Of a DNA stretch of 64,000 nt, positions 59,681 through 64,000 are shown piece after piece. A model generated the notes under the pieces. The model did no database searches and had not been told where the DNA came from. It saw only the letters and a program-made list of their open reading frames with translations. How positions within the stretch are numbered: the first letter of the stretch is position 1; each line of letters starts with the position of its first letter. Source of the stretch: Eutreptiella sp. 'Long Island Sound 2002' (Eukaryota; Protista; Euglenida); the NCBI GenBank assembly GCA_964036045.1, contig OZ038378.1, positions 10,602,001 to 10,666,000 on the forward strand. Reading direction: 5' to 3'. The position numbers and the translations under genes were made by a program.

Positions 59681-60260
59681 CGCTGTGTGGCTCTGTGTGG
59701 CTCTGTGTGGCTCTGTGTGGTGCTGTGTGGCTCTGTGTGGCTCTGTGTGGTGCTATGTGGCTTCGTGTGGTGCTGTGTGGCTCTGTGTGGCTCTGTGTGG
59801 TGCTGTGTGGCTCTGTGTGGCTCTGTGTGGCGCTGTGTGGCTCTGTGTGGCTCTGTGTGGCTCTTTGTGGTACTATGTGGCTCTGTGTGGTGCTGTGTGG
59901 CGCTGTGTGGCTCTGTGTGGCTCTGTGTGGTGCTGTGTGGCTCTGTGTGGTGCTGTGTGGCTCTGTGTGGCTCTGTGCGGCTCTGTGTGGTGCTGTGTGG
60001 CTCTGTGTGGCTCTGTGTGGCGCTGTGTGGTGGTGCTGTGTGGCTCTGTGCGGCTCTGTGTGGTGCTGTGTGGCTCTGTGTGGTGTGTGGTGTTGTGTGG
60101 CACTGTGTGGCTCTGTGTGGCGTTGTGTGGTGTTGTGTGGCTCTGTGTGGTGCTGTGTGGCTCTGTGTGGCTCTGTGTGGTGCTGTGTGGTGCTGTGTGG
60201 CTCTGTGTGGCTCTGTGTGGCGCTGTGTGGCTCTGTGTGGTGCTATGTGTGCCCCATGTG
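59681..60260. repeat. 10-bp minisatellite (GCTCTGTGTG and variants), ~580 bp
   Basis: Directly visible. Confidence 0.97.
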
Positions 60261-60899
60261 GCTCTGGGGGCTGAAAGGGAGGTCCACAGCAGTGGGCGGG
60301 GGGCAAGACCTGCTGTTCTGCAAGGACTTTCCGGTGTGCAGCGGTGATTCCCGTCTGCACATTCGTGTAGGTCCTTAAGAGTCCTGAGGATACAAGGCAC
60401 CGGAGAAGGCACGGCACAGCAGCGGGGGCTCAAATACCCTTTTACCATTCACTGCAAACGGGGTTCAACGGGGGAAACGGGGGGGGGGGGGGGCGCTGTA
60501 CTGGCCCACAGAAGGGAGCCGCTGGCGCCGAAGACGGTTGTACCTCATTGGTCACCATTAGTGGGGGTCGGGGTGCCTTGAAGTGGGGGGTTGACATGTA
60601 AGACCCCCTGTGCGACATTTCGTCCTGCGTTGGTTTTCTTACGGGGCCCTGAACAGTCATCCGATTGTCCCTTCGCTACTCGCGTCGGGGCACGTTGGCT
60701 TGCTCCTCCTGCAGGCCGGTGGCGCCCGTGACTGGTTTTTTGTACGGGGCCCTGAACAATCGCCCGTGCTCTTTGGGCGGTGCGCTTCCTGTGCTGTGCA
60801 CCCCTCCCCTCCCGTGTTCGGGATTGGCGGTTTCCATTAGAGGTTGAGGTTCATCGCCACTGATGGTCCCAGATCTTCCTCAATACTTGAGAAACACAG

Positions 60900-61260
60900 T
60901 CATCCGTCCCTGAGAAAGAGGCCCTGCGACCCCGACCCTATCCCTCAATACCTCCATTTCTGGTGCTGAAAGCACTACATGCGTTGCGGTAGGGCGTTCG
61001 CCTTCCTCCGCAGCTCTTCCTGTTGGACTCGCTCTTCCTCCTCTTTATATGTCTCGTACTTCATGTACGACCCTGCGACAGAGTCCCGTCCGGCGGTGTG
61101 CACGAGAGGGCATGGCAGTAACCGGTAGACAAGACATGGCACAACCCTTGTCTCATTGTTGTCGCCAAACGGGCGCACAGCCCGCCACAACTCGGCCAAA
61201 GAAGGCTTGTAAAGGGGTGTGTTGAGTCATCTCAAAGAAGGTCTTTTGGGTGACAACATT
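60900..61260 (-). mobile_element. possible retroelement integrase C-terminal relic
   Basis: [13 protein letters not shown] resembles the integrase TgxTPf.a.fGR motif; frames broken. Confidence 0.3.
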
Positions 61261-61280
61261 GATCGATGCACCCTTCCATG

Positions 61281-61450
61281 CACCTACTAGGCGCATCCAC
61301 TCGCGTATCCACCCATCCACCCACCCATCCATCCATGTTCCATTCATGCATCCATCCATCCATCCATCCATCCACCGACCCACCCACCCGTGCATCCATC
61401 CATCCACCTACCCACCCACCCACCCGTGCATCCACCCAGCTACCCACCCA
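61281..61450. repeat. (CATC/CACC)n tetranucleotide tract
   Basis: Visible in sequence. Confidence 0.9.
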
Positions 61451-62949
61451 ATCTTAGATACACAAATTTTTTTTGGCCTCGAAGGGGATCTCTCTGGCCT
61501 GGCTCTGTCCCACATTGGTGGTGGTCAGCACCCTCAAAACTTCATTGCCTGCAGAAGAAGTTAGTGTGGAGCATGCAGGTGCCGGCGTGGGAGGAAGCCA
61601 AGGGGCAGAAGCAGCACTTGTGAGCAGAGGGACAAATGTTTCATTCTCTGCTGGTAGTTATACTTTTCCCCAGCAGCCTGGGACAAGCAACGTAAGCAAA
61701 TGGCTCCTAGAAAAGCAAACCAGTGCGCACACGAACAAATACCAACCGACATACTTATGCAGCCTTTACGCCCCCCTCCCCCCTGCTCTTGAGTTTTCCG
61801 AAGTGTTCCCGATAATCGGGGCTGTCCTTTAGTAACATTTCTTTTGTATCGTGTAGGGCCGCCAGCCAATGGGGAAGGCCCAGGAGATCTCTGCAACGGG
61901 GCTGCAGGGACAGGCGGAATTTGGGGAGGTGCGCCGCACCCGCCACCACCAGCCGCTGGAACCAGAGAGCCTTGGACGGTCCAGTGAACTGCACTGAGGT
62001 GCGGATGGGGGAGAGACCAATGGGGCAAGGGGCGTGGCAATGATTTGGAGGGAGGAATCCTTCGATAATGGGGTCAACCCCCCAAACATACGGCAGCCAT
62101 CTGCAGGAGTCCGGCCAGCTCCAAGGCCACCTGGACCATTGGCTCCTTGCCTGGGGCCTGTACACACACCACGCCACATGGAAATACCAATGACGAGGAC
62201 GTCAAAGCGACCCACAATCTACAACTACGCCGAACCGGACCCGCAATGCAATATCACAAACCATCTGCATCAACCATTCCTGCACAGGGCAACCTCACAT
62301 ATGGCACCCACTTGCACAGTTGTGCCCATCCACAGCCGCCCGCCACTCACTATCGTGTGCTGATCGCCCCCACCAAATAAATGCATGCGCTATCACCCCG
62401 TATGCCCTTGCCCTGTGTGTATGTGCCCCTGCCCCTTGGGTTTTGCACAGTGTGAACAAAGCACACACGTCTCCCTTGAGCCCCGAGTGAGACCAACTAT
62501 TGTCCTTGTTGTCACCACAAGGACCTCTATCTTTCAAAAACAGGGGGGGGGGGAGCTCACATACAAGGATCACCCAGCCCCCCCCCCCCCGTCCCACTGG
62601 GACTTGACTACGAAGCATTGCAATGCTTGTAGAGATGTTGGTGATTGTCATTGCCAACGAAGCGCGTCAGTCGCCAACCTCTTGTGCCTCCTAAATCGGC
62701 ATTCTTCTGCATTTGGGGAAGACAGAGGTATCCTGCTTCCAAAGACCCTCCTGGTAGACAGCGTGTCGTGTTTGGCCTTGGTCATTCAAGATGACATGTG
62801 GTCCACTTTGCTCACATCATACACTCTCTCCTTTCGCTTGTCAACTCCAACAAGCCGCCACAAGTGTGAGGAGCCGCTGTTGAGCACACAGTCACCCTTC
62901 TTATTCTCGGAATGGTATCACTCCTTGTTATCACATTCACGTTGCTGTG

Positions 62950-63450
62950 GTTGCTGCAATTGCGGTTTTTCATTGAGAGAGCCTAATACTGCTTGCGGGC
63001 TAGCTGGATCCTTCCGCCTCCGGTGCTTGTACACCGGCAAATCGGAATGCAGCAAAGGGGGGGTGGTTGCCCTGTGTGCGCCCTGCGCGCACCCTGTGCG
63101 CTACTTTTATGATGATTTTCCTTGATTGAGTCCCAAAGTTTACCATTACCGTATGAAACCCCCAAGTAGACCAATGGCTGCCTCTTGCCTACCAAATGAA
63201 GCAACAAACCATCTGTGCATAACATTGAACAAGAAAAGCAAATCTGAATCACCTCTTTGTTCCACCAAATTTGTTCACTCAAATTGAACAAGCAAGACTA
63301 AACAGTCTTGTCCCCATAGGTGTGCGGATCAATACATTCCGCACAATAATTGGCACCACCATTGTACACCTTCTTTTGAAGGGTGCAAAGGGTGGGCCAT
63401 TTTACCACTTATTGCTAACAAATACTCGAGAATTTGTTCCTCCGTTTTCT
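62950..63450 (-). mobile_element. possible degenerate LINE RT relic
   Basis: DLLFLFNVMH and VYLGV in different frames weakly resemble RT motifs LSPLLFNi.m and kYLGv. Confidence 0.25.
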
Positions 63451-64000
63451 TGTTCTCTTTCTCGCACTCCTCCTCTATGAATTCTCTTTCGGGGGCCGTG
63501 GGTTTGGGCTTAGGTTTGGGCTTTGCTTTATGCTTGGGTGTAGGTTTGGGTTGAGAAAAAAAGGCAGAATTGGAACTCGAATTGGCCTGTGTTGGCATAG
63601 GAGAATTGGAACTGGAACTGGCATCCAAATTGGAAATAGCCCAAAAAGTTGCCCTACGTACGCCCTGCATGCTAACGCTCCCTCCTAAAGTCAAGTAGAC
63701 TTCTCTTTTTATGACGCTTGGGTGACCCAGTACAACATCAACAAGAACAAGAACAAGAACAACGACACCCAGATGCCATAATGTCCCTTGGTACAAAAAG
63801 TGCTGGATGGAAATGTGTGTCAATGGAGGAATGATGCAAGCATGCCAATCACATGTTGCGAAGATGACATGATGTATTGTTTTCCCCGAGGGTACATGCA
63901 TACGGGTTTCGGTAAAATTTCGATGCGGGTTTATTGTGCATTGCAGTCCCGAATCTGCTGTGGAAAATTTCGCACCCACATGCTTTGATCCTGCCTTTGG

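Noticed and set aside
59578-60448. Long ORFs on both strands (HRATQ / LCVALCG repeats)
   Set aside because: Artefacts of the 10-bp minisatellite.

Overview
Repeat-rich, low gene-density eukaryotic genomic DNA. The spliceosomal GT-AG introns and many poly-G/C tracts would fit a large protist or algal genome (a euglenid is my guess only, not established). The left 6.4 kb holds an apparently intact minus-strand Ty3/gypsy-type LTR retrotransposon. It has a 1011-aa Gag ending in a single in-frame TAG, followed by an open Pol frame that runs off the window. The Pol domain order is protease, Dam-like N6-adenine DNA methyltransferase (DAFA...NPPF), reverse transcriptase, RNase H. This methyltransferase inside a gypsy Pol is the most striking feature; an RRM-like domain inside Gag and a structured readthrough-like signal at the TAG add to it. 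Three host genes are supported, all on the minus strand: a 4-exon EF-hand/coiled-coil/UCP-like mitochondrial carrier, a 2-exon WW-FYVE-ankyrin-like-RING protein, and a single-exon F-box-ankyrin protein. The last carrier exon is duplicated 18.7 kb away inside a rearranged segment, and a polycystin-channel-like fragment sits in carrier intron 1. The rest is hAT, Harbinger-like and LINE relics, several MITEs with clear TIRs and TSDs, tRNA-like relics, and mini/microsatellites. All domain calls come from manual translation and motif recognition; no database search was run.
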